In this document: piece by piece, positions 9,416 to 19,570 of the stretch
Numbering within the stretch: position 1 is the first letter of the stretch
Layout of the letters: each line of letters starts with the position of its first letter
From: Flavobacteriales bacterium
GTDB taxonomy: Bacteria; Bacteroidota; Bacteroidia; Flavobacteriales_D; UBA2798
Length of the DNA stretch: 64,000 nucleotides
Reading direction: 5' to 3'
Assembly: GCA_019694795.1 (NCBI GenBank)
Contig: JAIBBF010000012.1
Span: 11,573 to 75,572 of the forward strand
Program-made: the position numbers and the translations under genes
Notes under the pieces: generated by a model
Seen by the model: the letters and a program-made list of their open reading frames with translations, nothing else
What the model was told of the DNA's origin: nothing
Databases searched by the model: none

Positions 9416-11707
9416 ATGAGCCGTCATTTTAAGCACTTTTCTATCCTATTGATCTTCCTGATTTCGGGCTCCATTGTTAATGCTCAGAAGATTGGACTGG
9501 TCCTCTCCGGTGGTGGTGCAACGGGCATGGCGCATATCGGTGTATTAAAAGCATTGGAGGAATATGGGATTCCGGTGGATTATATCACGGGAACCTCAGC
9601 GGGAGCCCTGGTGGGCGGTATGTATGCGGCCGGATATTCGCCGGAGGAAATTGAGGCGCAGGTGCTGTCGGAAAAATTCCTCAATATGTCGGAAGGAAAA
9701 ATCGAATCGAAATACCTCTATTACTTTAAGCAATTCGACAACAATGCAGGTATGGTCTCCCTGCGCTTATCGAAAGATTCCTTATTGCAAACCAGTATTC
9801 CCACCAACCTGGTGACGCCAACATTGATGGATTATGAAATGATGGTTGGTTTTTCTTCTGCAGCAGCAGCGGCTAATTATAATTTCGACAGTTTGTTTGT
9901 CCCTTTCCGTTGCGTTGCTTCCGATATTTTAGAAAAAAAATCGGTGGTGTTTTCCAGCGGACAACTCCACGAAGCGGTGCGCGCATCGATGTCCTTCCCC
10001 TTTTACATTAAACCACTCCGTGTAAACGGAAAATTATTATTCGATGGCGGATTGTACAATAATTTTCCGGCCAATGTAATGTACAATGATTTTTTTCCGG
10101 ATATGGTAATCGGTTCCAACGTAAGCGGGAATACGGCGCCTCCTACCGAAGATGATATCATGTCGCAAATAAAAAACATGATTGTTACGCAGCAGGATTT
10201 CGGCCTGCGTTGCGATTACGGAATTATCATTCAACCGAAACCCGGAATTTCGACCTTTGATTTTGTTTCGTCTCAACAAGCCATCCAGGCCGGATACGAT
10301 GAGACCATTAAAAACATTGATTCGATTCTAAAGCTTACATCACGAAGGGTGACTAAAGAAGAGCTCGCCGCACGCAGAGCTGCATTCAGGAAGAAATGTC
10401 CGCCATTGGAATTCGACAAGATTGAAGTGAGCGGTTTAAATAAAAAACAACAACAGTTTGTAAAAAATACACTCGTAAAACGAAAAGAAAAAAGCATCAG
10501 TGAAGAAGATTTAAAACCACGTTATTTCCGGGTTTTTCAGGATGAGAAAATTTCTTTTATGTATCCGAAAACCTATTATAAAAAAGAAACCGGCAAATAC
10601 AGTTTGTTGGTCGACATAAAAAAAGACAAAGAATTCAATCTTGAATTTGGCGGGAATTTTTCTTCTCGTCCCATTAGCACAGGATACGTAGGATTGCAAT
10701 TGCATTTATTGGGAAAATCGGCCTGGACATTTTCCGGAAAATCGTATTTCGGTAAATTTTACGCCGCCGGAAATCTGGCTATTCGCTATGAACCGCCAAC
10801 GAAATTTCCTTTTTATCTGGAACCGGAATTCACCATTCACCGCTGGGATTATTTCAGAAGCTCTTCCACTTTTTTCGAAGATGTAAAAACCTCTTACCTC
10901 ATCCAGGAAGAACAATTTGTGGGAATGAACATTGGCATGCCGGTGGGTAATCGCGGTAAATTGGTATTATTTAGTCGCTATGCCGAATTGGTGGACCAAT
11001 ACTATCAGGAACCTAACTTTTTATCGATCGATACAGCAGACCGCACCAAATTGTATGCAACGGTGCAGGGAATCTCCTACGAACGAAATACACTGAACAA
11101 AAAACAATATGCCAATGAAGGTTCATTTTTCAGTTTAACCGCGCGTTACATTGATGCACGCGAACGAACTGTTCCCGGATCTACCGCTCAGAACAGAGAT
11201 ACCATTTACGATTATCACAATTGGGGAATAATTAAACTGGAATTTCAGGATTATTTCAAAGACAAAGGATTTGTTCGTTTAGGAGTTAACCTCGAAGGTG
11301 TTTACTCCATCCAACCCTTTTTAAACAACTATAAAGCCACCATTTTATCTTCGCCGGTGTATCAGCCCATACCAGAAGCAAAAACCTTATTCCTTCCCAA
11401 TTTCAGAGCCTTTCAATATATGGCAGCTGGTCACCAGGTGATTCTCCATTTCAAGAAAAATCTCGACTGGCGATTTGAGGCTTATGCTTTTCAACCTTTT
11501 TCTGTTGTGGAGGAAGGTCCCAATGGAGAAGCGCAATACGGAGAATTATTACGCAAGCGATATTTTATCGGATCATCCTCATTGGTATGGCATAGTCCGT
11601 TTGGACCCGCCAGCGTAAGTGTAAACTATTATCCAACCCAGGATCAACCTTTCTCCATTCTCTTTAATCTTGGTTATATTTTATTCCAGCGTCAGGCTTT
11701 AAAATAA
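9416..11707 (+). CDS. patatin-like phospholipase fused to an Omp85/BamA-type outer-membrane domain (PlpD-like, type Vd architecture)
   Basis: Signal peptide, oxyanion-hole GLVLSGGGATG, lipase serine GTSAGA and catalytic-Asp DGG motif. A C-terminal region of about 450 aa, rich in beta strands and aromatics, ends in ..GYILFQRQALK. Confidence 0.85.
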   Translation: MSRHFKHFSILLIFLISGSIVNAQKIGLVLSGGGATGMAHIGVLKALEEYGIPVDYITGTSAGALVGGMYAAGYSPEEIEAQVLSEKFLNMSEGKIESKYLYYFKQFDNNAGMVSLRLSKDSLLQTSIPTNLVTPTLMDYEMMVGFSSAAAAANYNFDSLFVPFRCVASDILEKKSVVFSSGQLHEAVRASMSFPFYIKPLRVNGKLLFDGGLYNNFPANVMYNDFFPDMVIGSNVSGNTAPPTEDDIMSQIKNMIVTQQDFGLRCDYGIIIQPKPGISTFDFVSSQQAIQAGYDETIKNIDSILKLTSRRVTKEELAARRAAFRKKCPPLEFDKIEVSGLNKKQQQFVKNTLVKRKEKSISEEDLKPRYFRVFQDEKISFMYPKTYYKKETGKYSLLVDIKKDKEFNLEFGGNFSSRPISTGYVGLQLHLLGKSAWTFSGKSYFGKFYAAGNLAIRYEPPTKFPFYLEPEFTIHRWDYFRSSSTFFEDVKTSYLIQEEQFVGMNIGMPVGNRGKLVLFSRYAELVDQYYQEPNFLSIDTADRTKLYATVQGISYERNTLNKKQYANEGSFFSLTARYIDARERTVPGSTAQNRDTIYDYHNWGIIKLEFQDYFKDKGFVRLGVNLEGVYSIQPFLNNYKATILSSPVYQPIPEAKTLFLPNFRAFQYMAAGHQVILHFKKNLDWRFEAYAFQPFSVVEEGPNGEAQYGELLRKRYFIGSSSLVWHSPFGPASVSVNYYPTQDQPFSILFNLGYILFQRQALK

Positions 11708-11708
11708 A

Positions 11709-12446
11709 TCAGATCGTTTCTTTCCACTCAATTAAATCGCGGATTACTGCACTTGCACAGGCTCCGCCAAAAGCAGCAGGTAAATAGGAAATTGTTCCGT
11801 AGGCCGATTTTTTAAAATTGGTACCATCGGTCAGCATTAACGATCCAACAGGTGCTTTTTCATTGGAGAAAACAGCTTTTACACCCTTATAAATTTTTTG
11901 TTTGTGCAATCGCTTACGCACGTAATGTGCCAGTTTGCAATTGTAGGTTTTAGAAATATCCGTAACGCGAATACGGGTAGGATCCAGTTTCCCACCTGCG
12001 CCCATAGATGATATAATGGGGATGTTATTGTGATAACAAGTGGATATCAGTGTGATTTTGGGAGTGATGGAATCAATGGCATCAATCACGTAATCGAATT
12101 TTTGAGAAAATAACAATTCGCGCATGGGTTCCATTCGCAGGAATTCCGGAATTACCGTTAAATCCACTTCCGGATTAATGGCTAATAAACGCTCGCGCAT
12201 CCATTCGGCTTTCGACATTCCGTGCGTAGTTGCAAGTGCCGGTAATTGCCGGTTTCTATTGGTTGGATCTACCACGTCACCATCGCAAATGGTGACTTTT
12301 CCAATTCCTGAACGAACAATAAATTCAGCAGCGAAAGATCCTACGCCACCTAATCCAACGATTAACACATTGGAGCGGTTTAATTTTTCGAGACGTTCAT
12401 CGCCAATCAACAAACGTGTCCTTCCTAACCATGCTGTATCTTTCAT
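11709..12446 (-). CDS. tcdA: tRNA threonylcarbamoyladenosine dehydratase (ThiF/MoeB-family, TcdA/CsdL)
   Basis: Rossmann motif VLIVGLGGVGSFAAEFIVRSGIGKVTICDGDVVDPTNRNRQ; about 245 aa. Confidence 0.85.
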   Translation of the reverse strand: MKDTAWLGRTRLLIGDERLEKLNRSNVLIVGLGGVGSFAAEFIVRSGIGKVTICDGDVVDPTNRNRQLPALATTHGMSKAEWMRERLLAINPEVDLTVIPEFLRMEPMRELLFSQKFDYVIDAIDSITPKITLISTCYHNNIPIISSMGAGGKLDPTRIRVTDISKTYNCKLAHYVRKRLHKQKIYKGVKAVFSNEKAPVGSLMLTDGTNFKKSAYGTISYLPAAFGGACASAVIRDLIEWKETI

Positions 12447-13102
12447 ACAGAAATAAATTTTGCGTAATTATTTTTAATCAATTTTTGCAATTCATCCTTT
12501 TCTAATTTCAACACCAATCGTGCCTTTTCCGCTACCTCTTCAATGGAAGCGTGTGCATCATCCGTTTCCAGTAAAATTTTTTCTCTGCTGCACCGGGTGA
12601 TGGAATCCTTTGTATCCGGATTTTCATTCAATAAACTTTTTCCGAATGAAATCCAGGCTCCGTACTTCTCCCATTCTTCCCATTTACTCCATTTTCCCGA
12701 CAAGCCATGTACCAGGACATGCTGAGTATTATTGCATTTTTTTAGCAGTGAAATACATTCTGCATGCGCTTTCACCGAATGAATGACCAATGGCATTTGT
12801 AATTCATTGGCAAGTTTGATTTGTTGTACAAAAACACGCTCCTGCAAATTATAATCTGTGGTACAAACCTTATCGAGTCCACATTCACCAATGGCAATAA
12901 CGCGCAGTCGGTTGGCTTTGATCAATCGTTCCAAATCACTAATCTGTGATTCAGATTTCTCATCCACTTCCCAGGGATGAATTCCCAATGAAAAAAATGC
13001 TTCGGGATACTTTTGTAAAAGTTCCTGAAAATGCAAAAGTCCCGATTGAATAATCAGGACCTCTGCTTGAGCATCGTAATGATGAGAATGAACGTTAATC
13101 AT
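12443..13102 (-). CDS. TatD family metal-dependent hydrolase
   Basis: N-terminal INVHSHH metal-binding motif, then IGECGLD and HSV..A motifs. There is a 4-nt overlap with tcdA. Confidence 0.8.
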   Translation of the reverse strand: MINVHSHHYDAQAEVLIIQSGLLHFQELLQKYPEAFFSLGIHPWEVDEKSESQISDLERLIKANRLRVIAIGECGLDKVCTTDYNLQERVFVQQIKLANELQMPLVIHSVKAHAECISLLKKCNNTQHVLVHGLSGKWSKWEEWEKYGAWISFGKSLLNENPDTKDSITRCSREKILLETDDAHASIEEVAEKARLVLKLEKDELQKLIKNNYAKFISV

Positions 13103-13119
13103 GCGCTCATCAACATAAA

Positions 13120-14220
13120 TCAGACATTAAAACGGAAATGCATCACATCACCATCCTGCACGATATATTCTTTTCCTTCTACCGATAATTTTCCGTTTTC
13201 CTTACACGCGGTTTCACTTCCGAACTTCACGTAATCTTCATAGTGAATTACCTCAGCGCGAATAAATCCTTTTTCAAAATCAGTATGAATTACTCCTGCA
13301 GCTTGTGGTGCAGTCATTCCTTTGTAAATGGTCCAGGCTCTCACCTCTTTTACTCCTGCCGTAAAATAGGTTTGCAAATTCAATAAGGAATAACCTGCCC
13401 GAATTAATTTATTCACTCCGGGTTCTTCCAGTCCCATCTCATCCAAAAACATTTTGCGTTCCTCGAACGATTCCAGCGCGGCAATTTCCGACTCCATCGC
13501 TGCTGTGATAATACAAATCTCTGCGCCTTCGTCTTTTACCGCATTACGAACTGCATCAACATGCTGGTTGCCGGTTTTCACCGATTTTTCGTCGACATTA
13601 CAAACATATAACACCGGTTTAGCAGTAAGCAAATGCAAATCGCTGATCATTTCAAGATCTTCTTTAGATAAACCGCAACTGCGAATATTTTTTCCTTGTT
13701 CAAGATGCGATTTAACCTGAACCAGAATTTCGTATTTACGTTTGGCATCTTTATCGCCACCGGTTTTGGCCATTTTCTCCACACGGGCAACGCCTTTTTC
13801 TACCGATTCAAGATCTTTCAGCTGAAGTTCGGTATCAATTACTTCTTTATCGCGAACGGGATTTACAGAACCATCCACATGCACAATGTTGCCATCTTCG
13901 AAACAACGCAATACATGTAAAATTGCATCCGTCTCACGGATGTTAGCTAAAAACTGATTTCCTAATCCTTCTCCTTTGGAAGCTCCTTTTACCAGACCGG
14001 CAATATCCACGATTTCTACTGTTGCAGGTAATACCCGTTCAGGTTTTACCAATTCTTCCAGTTTATAGAGACGATCATCCGGAACATTGGTCATTCCGAT
14101 GTTTGGCTCAATTGTACAAAAAGGAAAATTGGCGGCTTGCGCTTTACCGCTCGATATGCAATTAAATAAAGTGGACTTACCTACATTCGGTAAGCCCACT
14201 ATTCCACATTTTAAACCCAT
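13120..14220 (-). CDS. ychF: redox-regulated ATPase YchF (Obg-like GTPase family)
   Basis: [21 protein letters not shown]-loop, a TGS-like C-terminus and the highly conserved ..[18 protein letters not shown] ending. Confidence 0.97.
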   Translation of the reverse strand: MGLKCGIVGLPNVGKSTLFNCISSGKAQAANFPFCTIEPNIGMTNVPDDRLYKLEELVKPERVLPATVEIVDIAGLVKGASKGEGLGNQFLANIRETDAILHVLRCFEDGNIVHVDGSVNPVRDKEVIDTELQLKDLESVEKGVARVEKMAKTGGDKDAKRKYEILVQVKSHLEQGKNIRSCGLSKEDLEMISDLHLLTAKPVLYVCNVDEKSVKTGNQHVDAVRNAVKDEGAEICIITAAMESEIAALESFEERKMFLDEMGLEEPGVNKLIRAGYSLLNLQTYFTAGVKEVRAWTIYKGMTAPQAAGVIHTDFEKGFIRAEVIHYEDYVKFGSETACKENGKLSVEGKEYIVQDGDVMHFRFNV

Positions 14221-14258
14221 AATAGTGATACCTCATTAGATGATGAGGCGCGAAATTA

Positions 14259-16742
14259 TCATTTTCCTCCGAGAACTGTAACAGTTCCGGTATAAACCTT
14301 TTCTTTTCGGGTAATATCCAATACGTAGAAATAGGTTCCGTCGGGAACTAATTTCCCGTTTTTATAGTGTTTTCCGTCCCAATTGTTCTGGTAATTATCA
14401 TTCTGATAAACCAACAATCCCCAACGGTCGAACACCTGAAGCACTGAATTCGGATTTTTCTCTATGCCCACTACTTCAAATACGTCATTACTTCCATCAC
14501 CATTCGGTGAGAAAACATTTGGTATGATTACGGCGCAGTCCTCGAAATACATATAGGAAGTATCCGTTACCGTAGCACAAAGATTGGTTACTGCCACGGT
14601 GTACACCTGAGCACCCTCTGTAGGGTGAATGGTATTGATCTGAGCCGTTGTTTCGCCTGTGCTCCAGAGATAGGTACTTCCGGGTTGTGTTGCATCCAAT
14701 ACGATAAACTCATCCATGCAAATGGTATCGCTCACAATATCGGGAGCCGGATCCGGGAGGTAATCGATGACCAGGGTATCCGAACCCGTACAGGTTAAAT
14801 CGGTAATTAAAACGGAATAAGTTCCGGTTTGGTCAACGGTTACTGTAGGATTGAGCGCTGATGGATTGGAGAAGGTAAGATTGGATCCATTCGGTTGCGA
14901 TAAAATCGACCAGGCTACTTGTCCGGGAGCAGTAACTCCACTCACATTGTAGAACAAATTACAGGTTTGTCCGTTCGGAGGGAAATTTCCTAATCCAAGA
15001 ACGGTCAATTGAATCGTTGTATCGTATGTACAACCGAAATTATCAGTTACCGTGTAAGTATAGCTATGAACACCGGCAGTGGTCGGTTGTACAACTACAG
15101 CGGTATCATTCTGACCCGAAATGATATCGGGACTACTTTGCCAGTTTTCTGATACGATTAGCGGCGTATAGAATTCGGTATTTGGATTAATGGCAGGATT
15201 AAAGAAAATTCCCCACTCAAAAATAAATCCGTCGTCGATACCTAAATTATCACGAATGGTGATGGTCCAGTTACCGTTAATCGGACAACCGATAAAACTT
15301 GCAAACGAAACTTCAGGTTTATAGGTACCCGGAGTCATGGTTTGACCGGCAGAAGGACTAGGAGGAGCTGTGAGCGTTACGGTATTTCCTCCTGCAAATT
15401 CTTGTCCTAATGTTCCCCATGCAGCATTATCTTCAAAGCAATATTCATATCCAATTCCGGGAGTACCATTTCCGGAGTCATCGGCTTCACCCAAGAAGGT
15501 TCCTCCACCTCCAAAGCCACCGGGGAAAAGTCCATTCCCTGTATAGGAGTTAAAGACATTAATCATAACACCGCTCGGACAAGTCAATGCCATTTCCAAA
15601 TCTCCCAAATAAGAGTGTTCCATGGTAACACACATCCGTTGAATATCGGAAGCCGAAGTAACGGTTTGTCCGGGTAGGAAATCATGAATATTAATCGAGG
15701 TCGTATAATTCTGACCTGATCCATCCGGCAGATACGTTAAACCAGCGAAGGTTCCTCCAATTTCAAAGGATCCTTGAGTTGGATCAACACCCACAGTATC
15801 GGTTTGCGTAACCCCACCAATCAGCAAAGTCGATTCGCCCAAACAAATGGTATCATCTTCCGGCATGGTACCCGCAAAACTTGGAATGGTGGAAACACGG
15901 ATTTTACATTTCATTACCTGAATGTAACCGATGGGATCGGTGATACGAAGCGTAACCAAATAACCTGCGCGATTCGGCGGAGTAAAATAAACTTGTGCAC
16001 CGGTTTGTGAGGTTCCATCGGAAAAATCCCATTGGAAAGTACAATTGGAAATATTCTGGCTATAACCAAATGGTACACCATAGTTCGTTTGATTTGATTC
16101 GGAAGAATATGGAAAATCAGGTGCCGCTACTAATAAAACAGAATCACCATAACACACATCTACATAACCGGTATCGGCAGGACTCATCGCATTGGGTTGT
16201 TGTCCGTTGATAAATCCTAAAATATGCGGATCATAAGGTTGAGGAGGATTTCCGCATGAAACATTCGCTTGCCATCCTGTTCCTGTTCCGGAAGCATCCG
16301 AAGTAAACTGAATGGTTAAACAACCACTGGAATTGGCAAATGAAGCCGTATAGGTAAATCCATTGGGATCGGTAACGGAATTGTGTGTACCAAGCAATGG
16401 AGATGCAATGGAAGGACCATCATACACCGTTACAAAATCACCGGCTAGTACATCCCACTGAAATCCTACATTGATGGCGAATGCAACAGTGACTTTACTT
16501 CCTACCAGTGCGTTGATGTCGGGACAAATAACGATAACCTGATTTTCATTATTACCGTAATTCGCACCATTTCCACCCGAATCGAAAAAGTTCTGTACCG
16601 ATCCATCATCAAAATTGGCACAGGTGATGGGGTTCGACTGATCGTAATCGGGATCTGTAATGTTTATTGTTTGTGCAGAAGCAGCTTGAATGCTTAAAAC
16701 CGCAGATGCAATGAAAAAGAGTTTAAATAATTTCATAACCAC
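14259..16742 (-). CDS. T9SS type-B C-terminal sorting domain protein with CUB-like, PKD-like and proprotein-convertase P-domain-like modules
   Basis: The C-terminus IPNVFSPNGDGSNDVFEV...LQVFDRWGLLVYQNDNYQNNWDGK...GTYFYVL is the gliding-motility C-terminal domain. CUB-like segment (DFVTVYDGPSIASPLLG). P-domain-like segment (MEHSYLGDLEMALTCPSG). Signal peptide present. Confidence 0.9.
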   Translation of the reverse strand: MVMKLFKLFFIASAVLSIQAASAQTINITDPDYDQSNPITCANFDDGSVQNFFDSGGNGANYGNNENQVIVICPDINALVGSKVTVAFAINVGFQWDVLAGDFVTVYDGPSIASPLLGTHNSVTDPNGFTYTASFANSSGCLTIQFTSDASGTGTGWQANVSCGNPPQPYDPHILGFINGQQPNAMSPADTGYVDVCYGDSVLLVAAPDFPYSSESNQTNYGVPFGYSQNISNCTFQWDFSDGTSQTGAQVYFTPPNRAGYLVTLRITDPIGYIQVMKCKIRVSTIPSFAGTMPEDDTICLGESTLLIGGVTQTDTVGVDPTQGSFEIGGTFAGLTYLPDGSGQNYTTSINIHDFLPGQTVTSASDIQRMCVTMEHSYLGDLEMALTCPSGVMINVFNSYTGNGLFPGGFGGGGTFLGEADDSGNGTPGIGYEYCFEDNAAWGTLGQEFAGGNTVTLTAPPSPSAGQTMTPGTYKPEVSFASFIGCPINGNWTITIRDNLGIDDGFIFEWGIFFNPAINPNTEFYTPLIVSENWQSSPDIISGQNDTAVVVQPTTAGVHSYTYTVTDNFGCTYDTTIQLTVLGLGNFPPNGQTCNLFYNVSGVTAPGQVAWSILSQPNGSNLTFSNPSALNPTVTVDQTGTYSVLITDLTCTGSDTLVIDYLPDPAPDIVSDTICMDEFIVLDATQPGSTYLWSTGETTAQINTIHPTEGAQVYTVAVTNLCATVTDTSYMYFEDCAVIIPNVFSPNGDGSNDVFEVVGIEKNPNSVLQVFDRWGLLVYQNDNYQNNWDGKHYKNGKLVPDGTYFYVLDITRKEKVYTGTVTVLGGK

Positions 16743-16745
16743 GGC

Positions 16746-17123
16746 TTATTTAGAGGATAAAATAATTTCTTCGGATAAAACGACCAACATTTTATTTGTA
16801 CCGTTGATGCGGTAATACTGATAGTTTTTCTTTTCGGGACTCAATCCCAATGCAAAAAGGTTTACATTTTTTAAATCGCTGATAGCAACTGAACCGCGAA
16901 TTTCATGGGCATTCGATTTTTCCGCTGGCAGATCCATAATTACCCAACCTGATTTAGCCACCTTATTCAGATAAGCCAATTTTTCAGGCGTGTTACTTTT
17001 CATTTCAGTTAGTTCCTCTTTAGAATACTTCGACAACAAACGAACATCCCAGTCCGACGATTGAGCAGATAATCCGGCTGTTAAAAACACAGCGAGGAAA
17101 AGCGACATGATCATTTTTTTCAT
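16746..17123 (-). CDS. small secreted hypothetical protein (125 aa)
   Basis: Signal peptide MKKMIMSLFLAVFLTAGLSAQ. It lies 3 nt upstream of the 827-aa adhesin gene, so co-transcription is likely. Confidence 0.6.
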   Translation of the reverse strand: MKKMIMSLFLAVFLTAGLSAQSSDWDVRLLSKYSKEELTEMKSNTPEKLAYLNKVAKSGWVIMDLPAEKSNAHEIRGSVAISDLKNVNLFALGLSPEKKNYQYYRINGTNKMLVVLSEEIILSSK

Positions 17124-17153
17124 TGGTAAACGTATTTGTTGTAAATATAACCA

Positions 17154-17196
17154 TAAAAAAAGAAAACTCCGTTACCTCAATGAAGTAACGGAGTTT
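17154..17196 (-). terminator. rho-independent terminator after the 727-aa adhesin gene
   Basis: 12-bp perfect stem AAACTCCGTTAC / GTAACGGAGTTT (17164-17175 / 17185-17196) with a 9-nt loop, followed on the minus strand by a T-rich run (TCTTTTTTT). Confidence 0.75.
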
Positions 17197-17220
17197 CATA
17201 TTTACTGAAATCTGTGAATC

Positions 17221-19404
17221 CTATTGTGCAAATATGGTTACTGTACCATTATAAATTTTACCGTTTTCGAGTTTAAGCACATAATAATATACGCCTGAAC
17301 TTACGCGTTTTCCATTCTTGTAATGTGCTCCATCCCAATTGTTTTTATAATCGGAACTTTCATAAACCATTAGTCCCCAGCGATCAAATACCTGCAATAA
17401 GGAATTATTGTAATACTGGAGATTTCTTACTTCAAACACATCATTAGCACCTGATGATAATCCCGGTGAAAACACATTTGGAATAAATACATCCAATGGT
17501 AAAACTTCATAGGTAAATGTATAAGTGTCGGTACATCCTGCCGCAGAGGTAACTGTTAGGGTTACTGTATATGTTCCAGGCTCAGTGTAAATGTGCACTG
17601 GATTTTCAAGATAGCTGGTATCACCATCTCCCAATATCCATTCCCATGCTACAATAGCGCCGCTTGCTATGGTAGAGCTGTCGGTATAAATCAATGTATC
17701 ATTCTGGAAAATTGTTCCTGATGGTGGAATCGGATATCCCATTGCATCCGGATATGGATTGAGTGCTACCAATGCAGATGGAGAAGTTCCAACACAACCA
17801 TTGGTATCGGTAACCGTTACTGTGAATGATCCTGAGCTCACCCATTGGGTGGAATCGGCAATGCCATTTGACCAGTTATAGGTTACATACGAAGAATCGA
17901 CCGATAACAACGTTGAATCGCCACAACCGGAAGCTGCACCTAATATTTCCGGTGTTGGAAGAGGATTCACTTCGAAATCGATAAAATTCGTTGCATAGCA
18001 TCCATTCTGACCAACCGTAACGTAGTATTGACCTGCCGTATTTACCGTGATTCCTGATGAGGCATCGGTGGTGTTCCATAAGTAAGAATCATAGGGTCCA
18101 CCCGAAACCGTTAAGTTGGAAGAACCTCCCACACAAACGGATTGAGCACCTAAAATAACTGGATTAAAATTCGCTAAGCCTGTGGTATCGATGAAAACCG
18201 TAATCGGGAACATGGTTGACATGGCCGGAGTACCGTTATCAGTTGCCGTAACTTCTAAAATATTGAAGCCTGCATCTGCTAGCGAAGAAACCACCATCAA
18301 ATTACATGTTCCATTAGCTGTTGATAAAACAGAATAATTGGTTAGCGTTGCAGAGTTCACGGTAAATGAAATGGTTTGTCCATTTTCCGGTGCAATAAAT
18401 GAAATAGAGAACAATAAAGTATCACCTACTCCGCAAATGTTAATGGTATCTCCACAAGCAATACCACTACCCGATCCGCTGGAACTGGATGGTGTTACTC
18501 CGGATACAATTGGAGCAATGTTTGAACTCGATACACAGGTATTAAACTTGAACGTTCCGTTATCTAACCAATCGATTCCATCTGAAAGTCCAAAAGGACC
18601 ATCATAAGCATTTCCTGCCTGATCAAAACGACCGAATTGAACGAAGTCAACCCCATTACCACGATTAGAACCAACCGTAGCAGGAGTTCCACCGAATCCA
18701 TTGGTTCCGCCCGAAGCATCACCTGTGGTCCAGTCCATATCCTGATAACAAAAAGCAACGTTATTGCCCATTCCGATAAAAGGGTCCGTTCCATCAGAAA
18801 GTACTAACTGAAACGTACAACGCTTATCACCGTGCTGAGAATAATATCCCACATTTACCCAATTGATGTAAATGGCATTGGGATAAATTTTATAGACCAC
18901 CGATCCATTTCCCGCTCGTGTATCCACATCAGCCCAGAAAGGTGCAACCATTACGTAAGTAGGATCCGGAAATGGATTTGCACTAAAGGTTCCGTAAGGG
19001 GTACCGAAGGATACATTTCCGTTGTTGTTGATGTAAAGACTCGTGTAGTTATCCCCGTATAAACAAAAGGTAAAAGGAATATTGATTAAACCGGTAGAAC
19101 CATCGTCGTTCGGTGCCATGGCTGTGGTGTAGGAAGCATCGGGTTCGATGTAACATCCGCACACTGCACCGCCGCGATTTTGATGCGGAGCATCATTATC
19201 GTTGTGAAAAATTTTAGAAGGATCGAAAATGGCGTCCTTGCCTTTGGGAGTCGGCAAAAGAATCGTGTGATTTCCCGGAGGGATGGTTCCGGTACTTTTC
19301 AGTTGTTCATACTCCTGAGGAGTATAGGTGTTCCCTTTAGGTGTTTGTGCAAGAAGCGTTCCGGCACTGAACAGGCAAATTCCTAAAAAGGCGAGTTTTT
19401 TCAT
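17221..19404 (-). CDS. T9SS type-B C-terminal sorting domain protein with NIDO-like and PKD domains
   Basis: NIDO hallmark (YINNNGNVSFG ... VMVAPFWADVDTR), PKD (WILGDGDTSYLENPVHIYTEPGTYTVTLTV) and C-terminal IPNVFSPG..NDVFEV..LQVFDRWGLMVY..NNWDG. Start set at MKKLAFLGICLF (signal peptide) rather than the ORF-track start at 19473. Confidence 0.9.
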   Translation of the reverse strand: MKKLAFLGICLFSAGTLLAQTPKGNTYTPQEYEQLKSTGTIPPGNHTILLPTPKGKDAIFDPSKIFHNDNDAPHQNRGGAVCGCYIEPDASYTTAMAPNDDGSTGLINIPFTFCLYGDNYTSLYINNNGNVSFGTPYGTFSANPFPDPTYVMVAPFWADVDTRAGNGSVVYKIYPNAIYINWVNVGYYSQHGDKRCTFQLVLSDGTDPFIGMGNNVAFCYQDMDWTTGDASGGTNGFGGTPATVGSNRGNGVDFVQFGRFDQAGNAYDGPFGLSDGIDWLDNGTFKFNTCVSSSNIAPIVSGVTPSSSSGSGSGIACGDTINICGVGDTLLFSISFIAPENGQTISFTVNSATLTNYSVLSTANGTCNLMVVSSLADAGFNILEVTATDNGTPAMSTMFPITVFIDTTGLANFNPVILGAQSVCVGGSSNLTVSGGPYDSYLWNTTDASSGITVNTAGQYYVTVGQNGCYATNFIDFEVNPLPTPEILGAASGCGDSTLLSVDSSYVTYNWSNGIADSTQWVSSGSFTVTVTDTNGCVGTSPSALVALNPYPDAMGYPIPPSGTIFQNDTLIYTDSSTIASGAIVAWEWILGDGDTSYLENPVHIYTEPGTYTVTLTVTSAAGCTDTYTFTYEVLPLDVFIPNVFSPGLSSGANDVFEVRNLQYYNNSLLQVFDRWGLMVYESSDYKNNWDGAHYKNGKRVSSGVYYYVLKLENGKIYNGTVTIFAQ

Positions 19405-19542
19405 GATTTCCGGTGTTTGTTTTGAGGAGTCGAATAAACAGATATTTTTTCTTTTTCCCGAGACATTCATCATTTAAAAAAGATGTTTTGCGCAATTTTC
19501 AAAAGTTTTCAACTTGGGTCTATTGCCCCTTATGCAAACTCT

Positions 19543-19550
19543 TAACTTTG
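19543..19550 (+). promoter_or_regulatory. TAnnTTTG -7 box (TAACTTTG) with an upstream TTG at 19523-19525
   Basis: Exact -7 consensus 20 nt upstream of the transketolase ATG. A TTG 17 nt upstream could serve as the -33 element. Confidence 0.5.
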
Positions 19551-19570
19551 GCGCTTAAAATCAAACAAAA

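Noticed and set aside
14221-14258. Short hairpin CCTCAT-TAGATG-ATGAGG between the 827-aa adhesin gene and ychF, considered as a terminator.
   Set aside because: The stem is only 6 bp and no T-run follows on the minus strand, so it is too weak to call.
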